A stretch of DNA of 63,967 nucleotides, counting the filler, from Phoronis australis (lineage: Eukaryota; Animalia; Phoronida), in NCBI GenBank assembly GCA_002633005.1. It is 6 parts of 6 records of this genome, joined end to end, with 100 filler letters (N's around TTAATTAATTAA, not from the genome) between each part and the next. Parts side by side here need not be neighbours in the genome. Positions count along the whole stretch, not along the records: positions 48,398 to 52,896 come from NMRA01002572.1; positions 52,997 to 62,644 come from NMRA01000823.1; 4 more parts are not named here. One strand, given 5' to 3'. The position numbers and the translations under genes are program-made. Shown here one piece after another: positions 48,398 to 62,744 of the stretch (within the stretch, counting starts at the first letter, position 1; every line of letters starts with the position of its first letter). The notes beneath the pieces were generated by a model. The model ran no database searches. It was given only the letters and a program-made list of their open reading frames with translations, and was not told the origin of the DNA.

Positions 48398-51300
48398 AAA
48401 ATTTGGGCAACCGACCCCCATGAGATTCAGCATGTCAAAAAGTACTAGTGTGCCAAATTTGGTGCTTTAATCCGACGTGTAAATGTTTTCGGGTTAAGGG
48501 CCTGGACTAAAATCCCACATATCAAGCAGTACAGTGAGGGACATCATGGCTGTGTGTGGCCCTCTGACCACTCAATAATTGATTTAATGTATTCTGCAAA
48601 GACTGATTTCTACCAAAAACAACCACGCTAACCCTCGTCAAGTAGTATTCTTCAGACCTCAACTGAATAGTCACAAAATATACAATAAGGCGTGACCTAT
48701 TTAACAAAAACCTACAAGAGTAAGTGTTCTCACCAGGATTTTTGAGCCCCCATGGTTATACTTTACCAAAAGACTCTAATTTCAAACCCCTATACTCAAT
48801 TTCTGACTGAAATTAATATCCATATCGATATTGTGACTACAGTGCATCTAAGTAGTCTCAACCTGTAAACCACTAGTCTTCCTGCAATGTGTATCTTGCC
48901 ATTTTGTAAACATTTTGTTTCTTAATGCTGCACTTCGCTGTTTAGCTAGCTAAAAATGAAAATCAAATGATATATTTTACTCTAATAAAATCGGTCTCAT
49001 AATATTCTTAAAAATCCATTAAAATCATCAACTACCTTTTTCACTTCATGAATATTTTTAGAATGGTGCCACCCAAACAATTAGAATCAAAAACTGATAA
49101 AATAAAAACAGCAAAACCCACAGATTCTCTAAGTTGACCATAGATTTAGGGTTATGTGATTCAATACTGAACCATTGGCAAACATTTCAAAAATGATCTC
49201 TAACATTAATGAAGCAGTACTTGTATTCAAATTACGTATCTAGTAAAAGTGAAAACAAAAATGACCTTTGGAAGTGGCGTACCTCCCAGGCACACATAAA
49301 CATACCATGCACCAATTAACAGCACCGATTACTGATTTTTGACCAATCACTTTCACCCACAAAACTGGTTCTTAAAAACCTTTAAGTAAGTTAAATACCA
49401 CTTTATATTTACATGTTGCATTTCCAACTCCTTGGCCAAATAATCTCAGCAAATTCCAATTTAAATCTCAAGAAAGGTTGTAACTGATTAGAAGTTAATT
49501 AGACATAGATCTTTGGTCATTAGTCCTTCAGTAAAATGTGTCAGGCCATCACTGTTGAACAATGTTTCCAACATCATGCATTAATAACACTACATAATGC
49601 AGTGAATCCAGTGCAGGTAGTGTCAAGCAGATCTTTCAACTGCAGGGCTCCATGCTAAGCATAATGTCAACTCGCCAAATGAGACCTGCAAAATTCCCTG
49701 GTCGCCAATCAAGAACTGAGGTCACGAAATCTCAATGATGAAGTCGAGGGGTTACTTGAAATGAAAAACTGACAAGCTGAGCAAATGTCCACCAACTAAA
49801 CCAAAATCACAGCGACAGCATTTTTTCAAGTGTTTCGCGTGCTCAGAGATAGCCAATTTCCTCCATTTTATTCCAAGCACAAACTCAACTACTGAGGCAG
49901 ATGAACATGATCGGGCCCTTCCTATTTTTCGAATGAATCAAACTTCCGTCTACTTACTACATGTGTACACAGAATGTAGCGTTGCTACTTCACAGCGACC
50001 TGAGATTTTTAACAGGTCGTCAAATGAAATCTGAGGTCGCATTGGTAACTTGTAGATTACTAAGTTGAGCCTTGAATGGAATCGTACATTTTATTGCAGA
50101 AACTGGTTTGTTTTTACATTTAGGCATTCATGTACCATTCCGCATCATTCTTCATCTTTAAATTCATATGCAGCAAAAGAATAAATTTATCAAAATAAAG
50201 AACTTATACATTATGCTGAAGGGTTTATAAGAAGCACATGAACTCATTGACTCATCTGAGGTCATAGGGGACAAGATGAAGAGACACCTGTGCACTGGTG
50301 AACACCCCGGGAAGTACTCGACTCCCTTCATCAATAACATTCATTTATTGGCCACATTGGTGTTTAATGTCATGCCCACTTCAACCCACATTGTCAATAT
50401 TAACAGTAACCTGTCATGGACCCTCAATGACTCTTTAGTTCACCTTATGAAAATCCTGCTGTATATCATGTGTCAGTGACCTCTCCAACATACCACAAAT
50501 TAGGTAATCCACAACAATGTTTATAATCAGGCGACCTCCAGTCTCCATTTCACAATTCAAGATTTCAGACAGGAGCATTTTTTCAAAGAAACAATTTCAT
50601 ATTTTTGATGACTGGTACGTTCAAAAAACAACAAATACTTATTTAGTTGTGAAATTATGATTTTTATCAACTCGCAACTGCACTACAAGAAAACAATAAG
50701 AAATACCAGATCAAAAATATGAACTTGTGCTACGGTACAGTAATATTGTCTTTTACAGAAATAATGATCGATGGAATTTCATGCTGGCAGCCACGACGAC
50801 TTTGCTCATTGAACAGGTCATGAATACAGTCAACCATTATCACGGCATGACATCATAGATGTTTGAAGCTACGATTGGCCAGTAATAATTAATGAGATTT
50901 GGCTTTAACTCTGTTCAGACACCATTGCACAAAGAAACTGGAAAACTTCCACTTCAATACCTAGATCTGTGAAAAAGTTCCAAATTGCCAACTACTTTCA
51001 CAGAAAAGATAGCTGAGCGATGGAAAATCTTGGAACTTTTGGAGGTCACGTTTGACGAGTTGAGCAACTGAAATTTGATATCATGTTTCGCGAGTAGTTT
51101 CCAACTGAAGTCACCAACGGCAATCTGCCTCATATTTTGCAAGCCCGCACTTGCCAAATTGGACACTGGATTGAAATGTTATAAGCTACAGACCAATCTG
51201 AAGGTTACTTTCCTGTAAATAAGATTCTGAACAACAATAATTACTGTTTTATCCTCTACTATAATATTAATCTCTTGCACAGAAACTTTCAAATTTAAAA

Positions 51301-52685
51301 AAGTATTTGAATGGAAAAATAACCTTCCCTTGAATACTGTCCCCCACATAATACTCTAAGCGCAGTCACACAAGAGTACAAATTATCTACATACTTGCAA
51401 TGAGGACAAAAACAGGAATGCACATTAGTTTCAAATTTTTACACAATCTTGACTACTAAAAACATGTGCACTTATTTGCCATATCAGTTCAAGTCTGAGG
51501 TCAGCAACTTTTTCAAACAACTTTGAAAATCAAAAGTAACAGTTACTGAACAAGTCGGCTAAATAAGTTGATTTTTGCCATTCATCTAATAAACCTTTCA
51601 ACAATCTCATTCATTTGGTCAATATATGTGACATCACATCCACATCGCCCAAATAAGCTTATTACTGTTATTCACCCAATAAAAAATGACCATAGCTGAT
51701 GACTTATTTATAAAGAGTTTCTATTTCAAGTGGCATCAGTGTCAATTTTAATTTACTGGTATTGCTTACAAGAAAATTACTTTAAATTGGTATTCCAGTA
51801 ACCATCTATAATATTAGTAATTACACAATATTGTACAGTTCCATGTATTATGTAGTTGAAGTGACTTTAACCCGATTTTAGTGGAATTTCAAGTGACAAT
51901 TTGAAGCAAAGAATTTAAATTATAATGGAATTCGTTCCACCCTTTGACTTTTATACGCCAAAACAAAACAACCATCATTTGGCAGGTAAAAATGAATTCG
52001 TTTTGGCCTGACATGTCGAATGAAAAGCAAAAACCAGTTGACTTTGCCCACAAGATTGTGACTTTTATTTCAAGCAATTAGAATGTTGAAGCTGTCATGG
52101 TAGATAGCAAAAATCGTCAAACACCTTTTTGACATCGCAACAAGGCTTTGTCAGGTGAGTCGCAAAAATCAGCTAATTTGCCCGACAATGCTATGACGTT
52201 GTCTTGACCAATAACAACTGACACGTTTGTCGCATGCAGTAAATATAACAAAATTAGAATATTAATTTACAGAGATATGGCGTTACAAATGTTGACCAAT
52301 AAGGACAGTGAATACATACTCAGGGAAAAGGGCAAAAATTGGCTTATTTGACTGATTTGACAAGTGAATAGCAGAAATATGTTTCTTTGACCAATTTGGC
52401 AGATAAACAGAACAAATTATTTTATTTGGCAGACTTTTTGGGTAAATAGCAGAAATTTATTAGATCAACTTGTCGGTTAAAAAGCTAAAGAATTTAGCTT
52501 GTTTGAGAGACTTGTCCGGTGAATAACAAAAAATCGGCTTATTTGACCCACTTGTTGGGTGAATAGCAAGTCAGTTTATTTGACGAACTTGTCAGATATA
52601 TAGCACCCTTGAAAATAAACAATGATTCACTAGTAAACAAGATGCAGCACATATCAAAATGTTCACACACAAGATAACCACTTTA

Positions 52686-52896
<211 letters not shown>

Positions 52897-52996
52897 NNNN
52901 NNNNNNNNNNNNNNNNNNNNNNNNNNNNNNNNNNNNNNNNTTAATTAATTAANNNNNNNNNNNNNNNNNNNNNNNNNNNNNNNNNNNNNNNNNNNN
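52897..52996. other. Artificial scaffold-joining spacer
   Basis: N44-TTAATTAATTAA-N44. Confidence 0.97.
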
Positions 52997-53302
52997 GACC
53001 ACACAGCCACGTGACTTGTTGCCGACATTAGTAACAAATTTGAGATTTAAACTTCATGTCTGGTCCAGCTGCTACGTGGATGTAACAGTAGTACCAGGGT
53101 GGTGCCATTTATTTCAAAAAATAGAAACAACGATATCTTTGACAAGTGTTGGATTTAAACGACAATTTCTAATATTTTTGCACTAGTTTGCCCCATGAGA
53201 GTTGTTTCGCTGTCTTACTGTACCCTTCAGTTCGTAACTTTACATGTATGCTCTTTCCCGATAACGTAGCTGATTTGCCTTTCGATATTCGAATCATCCA
53301 TG

Positions 53303-56300
53303 TTAAACCAAGTCCCTTTTCCCCCTTATGACGTTAACCTCATTCCGAACATAGCATCGGTTGAATTCGCCCAACACGTTGCCAAAAATCTCTATAAACT
53401 GATGGGAGGTAACTATTAAGCTAATTTAATGAACATAAGGTGTACCAGTGTATTACAAAGTATCACGTCCTTGGTTCATTTTTTTCGGGATGATCAGTTT
53501 TACAATTCAATCACAGTCAACCATTTTACTTTTTGTCATCCCCAAGAATCTTGCAGTTACATGTACATGGAATGCAATGTGTGTTACCTTGTGCATCTTC
53601 AATTGTTGCTGTGGATGTGTCTTGAGAAGTTACTCCGCCTGCTGACGACGATGTCAAGTCTACAAAGATAACGTGGACGCATGCGTAGACGAACATATCT
53701 CGCCAATTAAGCGCAGCCTATTGATGACTGACCTACAACCTTAATGCCAGAGGTACAGTGTACATGTAGCCATTAATTGAAACATTTCCAAATACATGTT
53801 TCTAATACAAACTGACGCGCATACCAGAGTGCCTCCAAAATAGCGCAATGCTTGGCAATGTACAAATGTACAAGTCGACATTTATTAGCCTTTACAGCTT
53901 CCATAAATCCGAAACGGGTGAATTTTAAAACCATTCTTACCGGAAGTTGACAAAACGGTAATTGTGATTAATTATACGTCATATCTCCAACTTTAGGTCA
54001 TTTACACCATAAGTGGCTTATTCCCCCTGTTAGCCAGCTTGACCAGCACGTCACTATTGGAAATTCTATCTCCCGGTCTGAGATACCTCCAGGACTTACA
54101 TTTCACAACAGTCTTGTTCCCAGGTATGTTCACACCACACTCGTACCATCTTACGAAGTACTTGCCGGTCCAGGAGGGTTTAGCGCCGACGTTTCCCACT
54201 TGCATGGACTGCTGGCTGTTGTAGCGGAAATATCCTGCACGAAAGACCAATCGTGTACACGTACATTAATTTTCAAAATACACTGGACAGACTCGAAGGA
54301 ATTCTGTCAGACCAACTTCTATGAGCTTCTTGGCATATTCTTCTCAAGTCAAATTTTAATGTGACGTGATGGCGTTTAGCCGGGAATCCTTTGTTTGTAA
54401 AAGAGTTGGGTTGCAAGTAGTCACGATTTCCACAAATGGCGTGAGGCCACACTTCTCGAGGTTCTATCGAGAATTTGCTGGAACTGAAACAAGTTCTAGA
54501 CGTTTGAGAAGAGGATATTTTGTCACGGTTTTGAAAGTCGAAACTTTGTAGAATTTCGAGGCTGTCCAGATTATTTTTGAAATTACACTACATGTATATA
54601 CACTGTACATGTAGTGCCCTGGTCACTCGAAGTGAAATGGATAAATTGGTTCAGTCTTAGGTATTATATTTCACCAATTCGTATGGCCAGGAAAAGACAA
54701 TTGACGTTTTATTCAAAATCTGTTGCTTTTCAGTTCCAAGTTCCTCAGTCTTCTTTGCATACCGTCATGGAACATGCGTGCGCCCAGGAAGCGAAGTGGG
54801 CAAAAAAGTCCGAGGAAATGAGACAAAAGTCCACAAAACAAGCACAAACGCGCAATTCACAGTGGTTTCCCTTTTTTCCCTTTTTTAGTCCGCCCGTTTT
54901 TCCTTTTTTAGTCCGCCCGCGTTTTTGTTACCAAAAGGTTCACGTCGCCAGAAATTCGAGTCCCCATATTAAAGGCTGAGTGCGCGCGTGTGGAACTAGA
55001 GTACTTTGACTCTTGCAACAATTGCCGGTACAATATTTAGTGAAATAAAGCTATAATGAACACTATTTCAGCGAATCAAAAATACCAATGTCCAATGAGC
55101 GGAAAACTAAACATTTTAAGCGAAATAATTCATGAGTGGAGCGCACCATACGGGGCTGGAGGTGTATAGCCACCCCCCATTTTTTCAGTGCTGCACCGCC
55201 CATGAATACCTACGTCTTTATGCTTTATTTTGACAAGTACTAACCTGTCTTTATTTTGACAAGTACTAACCTGTCTTATTTCATTATTCGAATTTTGCAA
55301 CCGCTGACAACAATTTACTGATTTCTTTGGTAAAATTGTTTTGGATTCCATATCACAGGTAAATCAAAACCTTATCATTAGCATATTTCAGAAACATAGA
55401 CATAAACTGAAATCCCCAACACTGCATCACACAGTCACGTGAACTGCCGAGTGTCGACCCTGTCACTTTATGTCGGTTTCATTGCGTAGAAGTAGTGTCC
55501 AACGGGAGCATACATGTACATAATTTTTTTTTCTTAAAATACCAGCTCACCAGTTGTGCTTGGACAGTCCCAGAAGTGATTTGGAAGATTGGCTGTGCTC
55601 ACGTCGCCTCCAACAAAATCACAGTGATCTTCTCCGTGTCCAGATCCGTCTGCGATATCCAGAAACAGGCCGTGAAGGTCATCGCTCATAAAGAGCTTGT
55701 ATCTAAATGTAAAACAACACCATTATGGAAATGGAATTAATGTAGTTGACGGTAGTGATATCCTGATGTTTTAAAGGTGGCGTTACATGGGTGGCGCAGC
55801 ACTGAAAAAAGTGAGGGGGCTAAAGCCCCTCAGCTCCCCTGTGGTGCAGCGCCTGTAGACCATGTGCGGCATAGCACTGAAAAAAGTGGGGGCTATAGCC
55901 CTTCAGCCCCCAATGCGTTAGTCGGTGGTGCTGGCAGCAACGTTGAAGGTGGCGACATAGTAGAGGCCGGTGTGACGCAAGGAGTTCATGTGACGTCAGT
56001 TGTTAGAAATATGGTGACAGAGACGAATACTGGGTGCTGCAGGAGTTCCACTTCTAATGTCACTCTAAAGAGGTTCCAATACTAATCACACTCTACAAGG
56101 GGCCCCAATACTAATGACACTCTAGACGGGGTTCCAGTACTAATGACACTCTACAGGGGGTTCCAATGCTTATGACACTATACAGGAGGTTCCAATACTA
56201 ATGACACTCTGTTGAGGGTTCCAATACTAAAGACACTCTAGTTTGGATGTTCACAAATATTTACGGAAATGAATTCTTTTTGTGTCATTTCTCAGTGCAC

Positions 56301-57652
56301 TGAAGAATAGCGTTTTCATGAATGTGATCAGCCCGCCAAATTCTCCCCAATGAAAATAAGAACGAATGTCACTTCATTTGATCATGTAGAAATGAAAAAA
56401 TGCGCATCCTCAGCAGCTAGACATTCCATCCCATAGAATCGCATTTGAAGTATCACGTTCCTCCGATGTCGTGTTCTTAACCATCGACTTCTCTCTGAAT
56501 TTTCCCTAACTTTACTATAAATAGTTCTAACTTGTACTTGATCCTCAAATATTTAGATAAAATCTCAGCCTAGGTGTTCTGGTACTCAGGTTTCTAAGAA
56601 AAAAATTTGTTTTCCAGAAAATTAGTCAACAACCTTGTTTCTAAAAGTGCAGTTTCTTGCACCTACTATAGGAAAGAAGACATATGAGGGCTGTAATTCA
56701 TTTTCATAGTAAAGGACATAATTACACACTTGCACCGTAAGCAATCGTGAGCATTTACCATCATGGCTTATCAGAATGAAAGTTGCTCCAAGACTCTAAA
56801 TTGTCCAACCTTGTAATAGTAATTGCTTATTGGACGCGTACTCTAGACAGGAAATCACATTTTTATTGTTATTTATAATTTTAATTAGTGTACAAGATAA
56901 GTAAAAATCCGAATCACGGGTTTCGATTTGCTGGGATTTAAACCTGACTGTCTATACTTTCGGTACGCCCTACTAGCCTTTTGCTGATGGCAGAGGACTG
57001 TATGGAATACGCTGCCGTTTGTGCCATGCCCGCTGTGGCCCCGCGTGTGCAGAGAAAGTCGTCGCGATGAAGGAGTGATGGTGGAACTGTTCATAAAAAC
57101 TGACGGTGCTAATTAAGTCTTGGTATTTTTTTAAGAGCAATTACACGTCCAGAGTGTTTCACTCTTAGCCATTTTTTAACTTAAAAGTTGTTCGGATGGT
57201 TCGCAAATGGCTACGAAATGTGAGATTTAGCAGCTATAAACCACGCATTTTGTGAAAAAAAAAAGAAATGATCCATGTCACTTACAGTTCTACACGTACC
57301 AATATGTTCCATCCTCGGGTTAGGGGTGATTTCTGGGTTTGATAGGAATGAGCAGTTCCTGTTTGGGTATCAATAAATTCGAGAGTGAATTTAGAACGGC
57401 AAGTGGTCTAAATCAAATTTACGCTAGGCTCAAGGCGGGGTTGGCCAAGTTTAAATACACACATAGGGGTTTGAAAAAAAGAGAACTACATGGTTATCTA
57501 CCTGCTTTCCGTACACAGAACCACTCCTATGTATTTTCCAATTGTCGCACCTCTGTAATGCACGAATCGTCTCCCATGGCAGTCCGTCCAGACTCGACTG
57601 TACCTGAAGTTGAACTCCACCCAACAGCTCGTGGAGGTAATGCATTCCTCAA
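53303..57652 (-). CDS. Protein with a TARSH(ABI3BP)/FNDC1 C-terminal domain; spliced, 5' end unresolved
   Basis: Phase-consistent exons: 57652-57502 (CWVEFNF...DCHGRRFV...KYIGVVLCTESR), 55702-55551 (YKLFMSDDLHGLFLDIADGSGHGEDHCDFV) and 54234-54100 (GYFRY...YFVRWYECGVNIPG). Probable further exons are 53659-53588 (S/T-rich) and terminal 53391-53303. These match TARSH motifs FVGVQLC..RYKIYLSD..G.F..IGD..GHGEDHCQFV and YVQWYECG..IPG. Confidence 0.75.
55131..55204 (-). mobile_element. Monomer of the ~70-bp micro-MITE
   Basis: Reverse-complement unit of the 9027 family. Confidence 0.65.
55786..55915 (+). mobile_element. Dimer of the ~70-bp micro-MITE (second unit truncated)
   Basis: Two units joined by GAC, as at 9634-9774. 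Confidence 0.6.
56043..56241. repeat. 29-bp minisatellite, ~7 units
   Basis: Degenerate (GGGTTCCAATACTAATGACACTCTA.A.G)n. Confidence 0.9.
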
Positions 57653-60600
57653 CTGGGAAAGAGGGAACACTGGAGAATTATTTGAGTTAAATATGGGCTC
57701 AGTAATGTGTACCTAGGACAATATTGCATGCAAGAACGTGATTTACTGTGGGAGTGGGCAATTTTACGACAGATCGCAGGCTAAGTATGTATGGCCATTG
57801 CGTTCGTAATTGTTTCGGCGATACTAAAGCTCAGTTAAGTTACTCCAAAACGAAAATGCATAAGACACTTGTTCCTGAGCGTTATGAGTAATCGCTTTCG
57901 TCAATGCTGGCAAACCATCTCCAGAGTTGCATGTACTTACGAAGTGGCGAGAAGAGAGTACATTGTATAACCAGTAAAGACCTACTGTATTTGGGATGGA
58001 ATGCCTCAGGTGAATTGACGTCAATTCTCAGAATCTGTTGATACCAACAGAAAAATACAACGTAATTAAGTTTCTCCATCAACGCAAGACAAACGGAGTG
58101 GAAACATCAGACTTCTGACTGCCAACAAAAACAAAAACGAACACTGTTCATTGCTCAAGGTTTGCATAGTGCGTTGCAATACACTTTGTTGCTTGAATGC
58201 AATATTCTAAATTTCCAAGACGATAAATTACATGGGCAACTGGATAAAAGCAATAAAAAGTTTTACGTGGAGTAAAAAACAACCTTCCTCGGCATTCAGG
58301 GCAGCCTCTTTTCTTGCAGTGCGTTCTCGGCAGCCGTCTTCGACTACTCCAACAGAGAGTGTCCATGCCTCCGCCTCTCTTTGCCCGGTGAAAGATGTGA
58401 TGAAGCCGTTAATAGCTGTTGCTCTGTCAAGACTATGGCGTCCATCGTAGGTAACCGACCAGTCAAGCAATGCAGAAGTTGGCGATGGCGTCCTCTGACA
58501 GTTACTGCCAACAGTGTGTCTAGTTCGGGAATTTCGTGACAACTGTAATTACAGACGGGTGAACAGTCGGAATTTATCTAATTTTTCTTGAAAAACTTTG
58601 TTTTTAGACCATGCACTTACCGTTAAAAAATTGGTTTTCAAATACATGTAGATCTTCAATCAAATTGGAGATTAATTCACTGACCTTGGAAATAACTGAC
58701 CGGTCAACACAGCACGGACCAGGCCCTACGAGCTGGCTTGTCACGGCGCGTCATTTTATGTGCCAAGCATAGTCTTAAAGACCTACATGTAGTAGGTACG
58801 TTTTAACCCTTATTACGCGCTTAGAACATGTTGTAAGGAAGCCATCAGTACCAACGAGTTTATCCAAACGAAATCCCTAAGGGAAAAATCATAAAAATTC
58901 TCACATGTCACGAACTTGAGCCGAGTCATCTATTTTAGATTTGCCGCAAAGTGGGAAGTGAGATTCAGATTGAATAACAAGGCCGTCTAGTCGACTGGAG
59001 TAAGCGTGTTTTACAGGGAGTAAGTTAATCCTGGTAAACAGTATAAACATAACAACGAACATGCAATATCAGAAAAAAATAATTAAAATTCCTATATATG
59101 TGCAGTAATAATATCCTGACAACTTGCCAAAACATTGAAAATAAATTTAGGCAAGGAAAAATACGATAACGGTGGTCTACATGTACATGTACGGCGATTT
59201 TGTTAGGCGCGGCGGCCGACGGCCAAGAATGAGTGGTGGCCTATTTCGTATGGAATACCAAGTGGTGGCGAAATAACGTCACAAAGAAAACTTATTATGT
59301 TTCCAAATATTATAGTATTTTAATGTAAAACGAAGAACTTTCATTCAGCCTGAAGCATTCGTAAAAGCTACTACCGAAGGACTGCTTAGTGGAGCGCTGA
59401 ACCATACTCACCAGCGTCACATTTCCAAGTATAATTGAGCTGCTTGCACACGTGATCACCCACTCGATTGGCTGACGCGATGACGAGAGAATGAGATCAA
59501 CTGGCCTCGCTTCACTTCCCGGTAGTTTTACCAGGTTAACCTTCAAGAAAAGCAACCGTATTTGTTTTCCGCTTTCCACCAGATTGATTTTCACAGCGAA
59601 AAGAGCTTTCAGTCAAAAAATCGAAAATTCTGTCACTGTATTTTATCAGAGCAGACAAATCACGTTTCTTAAGACCATGCCAGAAGAGTGTTAGTGTAAC
59701 AGGTCAGAGCTTACATTTGTTGTAAATATTACTGGCCTCCAGTTGTTTCGCAGGTACATGTATTGTTCCTGAACTTGGAATGAACTGGCAAGTTGTTATC
59801 GCTTGAGATTATGCCCTGCAACTTGTCTTGTTGCAGCGTGTCACTTTATTCGCCAAGCACGGTCCCGAGCAACGGCGAACTGTTGATGCTTAGTTTACAA
59901 AACCAAGTATAATCGCACTAGACGGTAAGGAACAAATTGACCTAATTTCATTTTAGCGGAACTAGTGATCTAAATAAAAACTGTTTTTTTTTCGGCGAAA
60001 CGGTTTATTGCCACTTTAATTCTGGTAGGGTTTTTCTCAAAGACGAATTGTAAATGAATTTTGGAGCTGACAACAAATTTGATAACACCGGCGGATGTGT
60101 TGTTTTTGATTGTTTTTTTCTCACATCGCCCAATTTTCAAATTATTATTAATAGATCTGATAAGCTGGGTAGTTAACTAAAGAAGAGCGTATTGGTCAGT
60201 CATTCACGAAAGACAGTGCAGGAACATCCCTTCATCAATCTTAACCCGGCACTGGCACTATCGACATCGACTGCGGGACTCGATTGGCGTGTTATGCGGG
60301 TAGGTAGCAGCTATATGTAGTCCCATTTTAAGTTTACAAACAACAAAGTCTTGCTATTTAGTACACGCCTGCATCATTGGTTTACGACGTTAAACCAAGA
60401 CTTGTGCAGTGAACGAGTCTTCAACGGAAATCGACGTGACTCGGCGCACCAGTGCACAGTGTTATAATGCACATCTCCCGCTGGGTGACGCTGCGTTACT
60501 CACGTTGACTTGCTGCCGACGCAGTCCGAAGAAAGACCAAGGTGAAGCCCTCGAGACGGCTATAACATGAACTTCTTTGTCCTCAGCTTTATCGGTGACA

Positions 60601-62644
60601 CACGAGTAGTGATTGAAGTTGTGTGACGCTGGTGATGCTCTCCTCTCCAATGAACCTTGCGCTGGTCTGCAGGTCGCAGGGTTTTCTAAAACGGAGCAGG
60701 GTAACTTCTTAGTCAACACCTTGATAGTGTTCGGGAGTATAGGTTACATTTCTAGATTGGGACAGGTACATGTACATGTAACTTCTTAAGACTGCCAAAT
60801 AGTGTCTATGTAGGCGAAATAGAAGGTGCATTGCAGACTGATTTTTTGTGGGTACATGTGCTTTCGCATTGTAAACAAATTACCCATAGGGTGATATTTA
60901 CTGTTAGTATTTAAAGAGGCATGGAAAGCGACAGCTCGTAAAAAATATGTTTCAATGAGTTCCTGAAGAAATTACCGTTTCGTAACGGCTGCTGCAGCGC
61001 TATTCACTTTTCCCTGTGCGGGAATTTCAAGAATAAAATAACAAAATTCGCGATTTTTGAAACGCGTGCGAAGGAAAACCTGTGGTCACCTCTTTACCAT
61101 TTATAGTAGATAAATGCGCGCATCAGGCATGCGCTCACAGTCATTGGACAAGCACCTGACAAGTTGGATACTGAGGGCAGATTTACATGTATGATTTGTG
61201 CAACAAACCTGAGGTCGGCAGAGCAGTATGAGGCATGCCAGTGAAGCAAACAATTTTCCGCAACAATTCCAAGTGCACTTTAGAATATAAGTCAATACTC
61301 CGATAGCTTCATAACTAATTTTAAACAGTTAGTGCTTAACCAATTGCACAGGCTACCGCATGCATGCTTGAAGTCATCACTGTTTCGTTTACAACAAAGG
61401 TCAAAGTCATATTTTCCATATTATTAGCGAAATAAGCTACGTCCATGTAACGAATTGCTGTTAACTCGTAGATTTTAACTAATAAAACATCACTTTATTA
61501 TATCATGACCTCATGGTCTGAGACAGGAAGTTGATGACAACAGGAAATAGCTCTGACTAAACTATCATTACGACTAAAGTCCAATAATCCGAATAAAACG
61601 TGTAATCGAACATCACGTCACAGTCTATGGCTTCACCCACCACAAATTAAAAGGAGACGCACCTTGCTTTGTGGGATAAGAATGAGACAACCCGAAGAAA
61701 GATCGTTTTTGAAATTTGAAACTACACGTAAAGGAAAATGTTTTGACATCAATAGAAATTCAATATCTTTGAGAACAAACAGTAAAAATACATGTACCTG
61801 TTGTGAAGGTTCAGTTCTGTTTCAGTGGCAGAGAACCACTTTGAATAATACAATTTAGTATTTTTCTTGAGTTTCATGCTTCCTTGACCTTGAACGACCT
61901 TCCCTTTGACTAGCAACATTAAGCATTACATCATTCGCTTTATACGCCTATCAAATTGATACGTGGGTTTTTGTGCGAAAAACTTGAACATAACATTTTT
62001 GAACAATGCATTGTCTCGGACATAGCGCATGCAGTTAAAAAAAAACGGTGATGCCACCTGATTTACATATGGTGTGTGACTTTCAAGTAGATAGATGGGA
62101 TTAATTTTAATAGAAAAACTTGTTTTGCTGGCTGCAAGAACATATGTGGTACGTTAAGCAGAAATTTGTTGCCCAGCTGAGATCTTGGGCTAGGATACCT
62201 TAAATTCCTAGAAGCACACGTTTTTAACCTTTGACTGGTTCGAATATGATAATAAGGAACGACACAGTACTTATCTCATAACCAACACACAATTCGTAGT
62301 CGAAGAAAGTTTAAATGAAAGCTTCACTCACGATTTCAACCTCGAGATCACACCGCCATCTTGAACTAACCGCGAAACCGGAAGTAGAATATACTGCGGA
62401 ACGCGAAAAGGCCACTCTTCTTTTCTCTACTACACCTGAAGAGCTGGGGTCTGTGCGCGCGCAGGGAGGTCAGGCAGGTGACCTCTACATTAACCTATTT
62501 TATTACCGGATGCTCTATGTGACCTCCTTCTGGTTTCCGGCATTGCTGAGACAGAAACTCAACTGCGATTCATAACGCTAAACCCTCGTGAGAGACCGCC
62601 CCGAGATGGATGCTGGAGCAACTCGGGGCGGTCTGGGATCAAGC

Positions 62645-62744
62645 NNNNNNNNNNNNNNNNNNNNNNNNNNNNNNNNNNNNNNNNNNNNTTAATTAATTAA
62701 NNNNNNNNNNNNNNNNNNNNNNNNNNNNNNNNNNNNNNNNNNNN
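62645..62744. other. Artificial scaffold-joining spacer
   Basis: N44-TTAATTAATTAA-N44. Confidence 0.97.

Noticed and set aside
57286-57358. Extra exon of the TARSH-domain gene
   Set aside because: It has AG and GTAAGT boundaries, but the flanking exons already join in frame to give the conserved LC...RYK motif, and including it would shift the frame.
62370-62640. Promoter/first exon with an ETS motif and a 12-bp hairpin (also NRF1-like motifs at ~63800-63860)
   Set aside because: Short motifs alone are not enough, and no downstream gene is visible within the scaffold.
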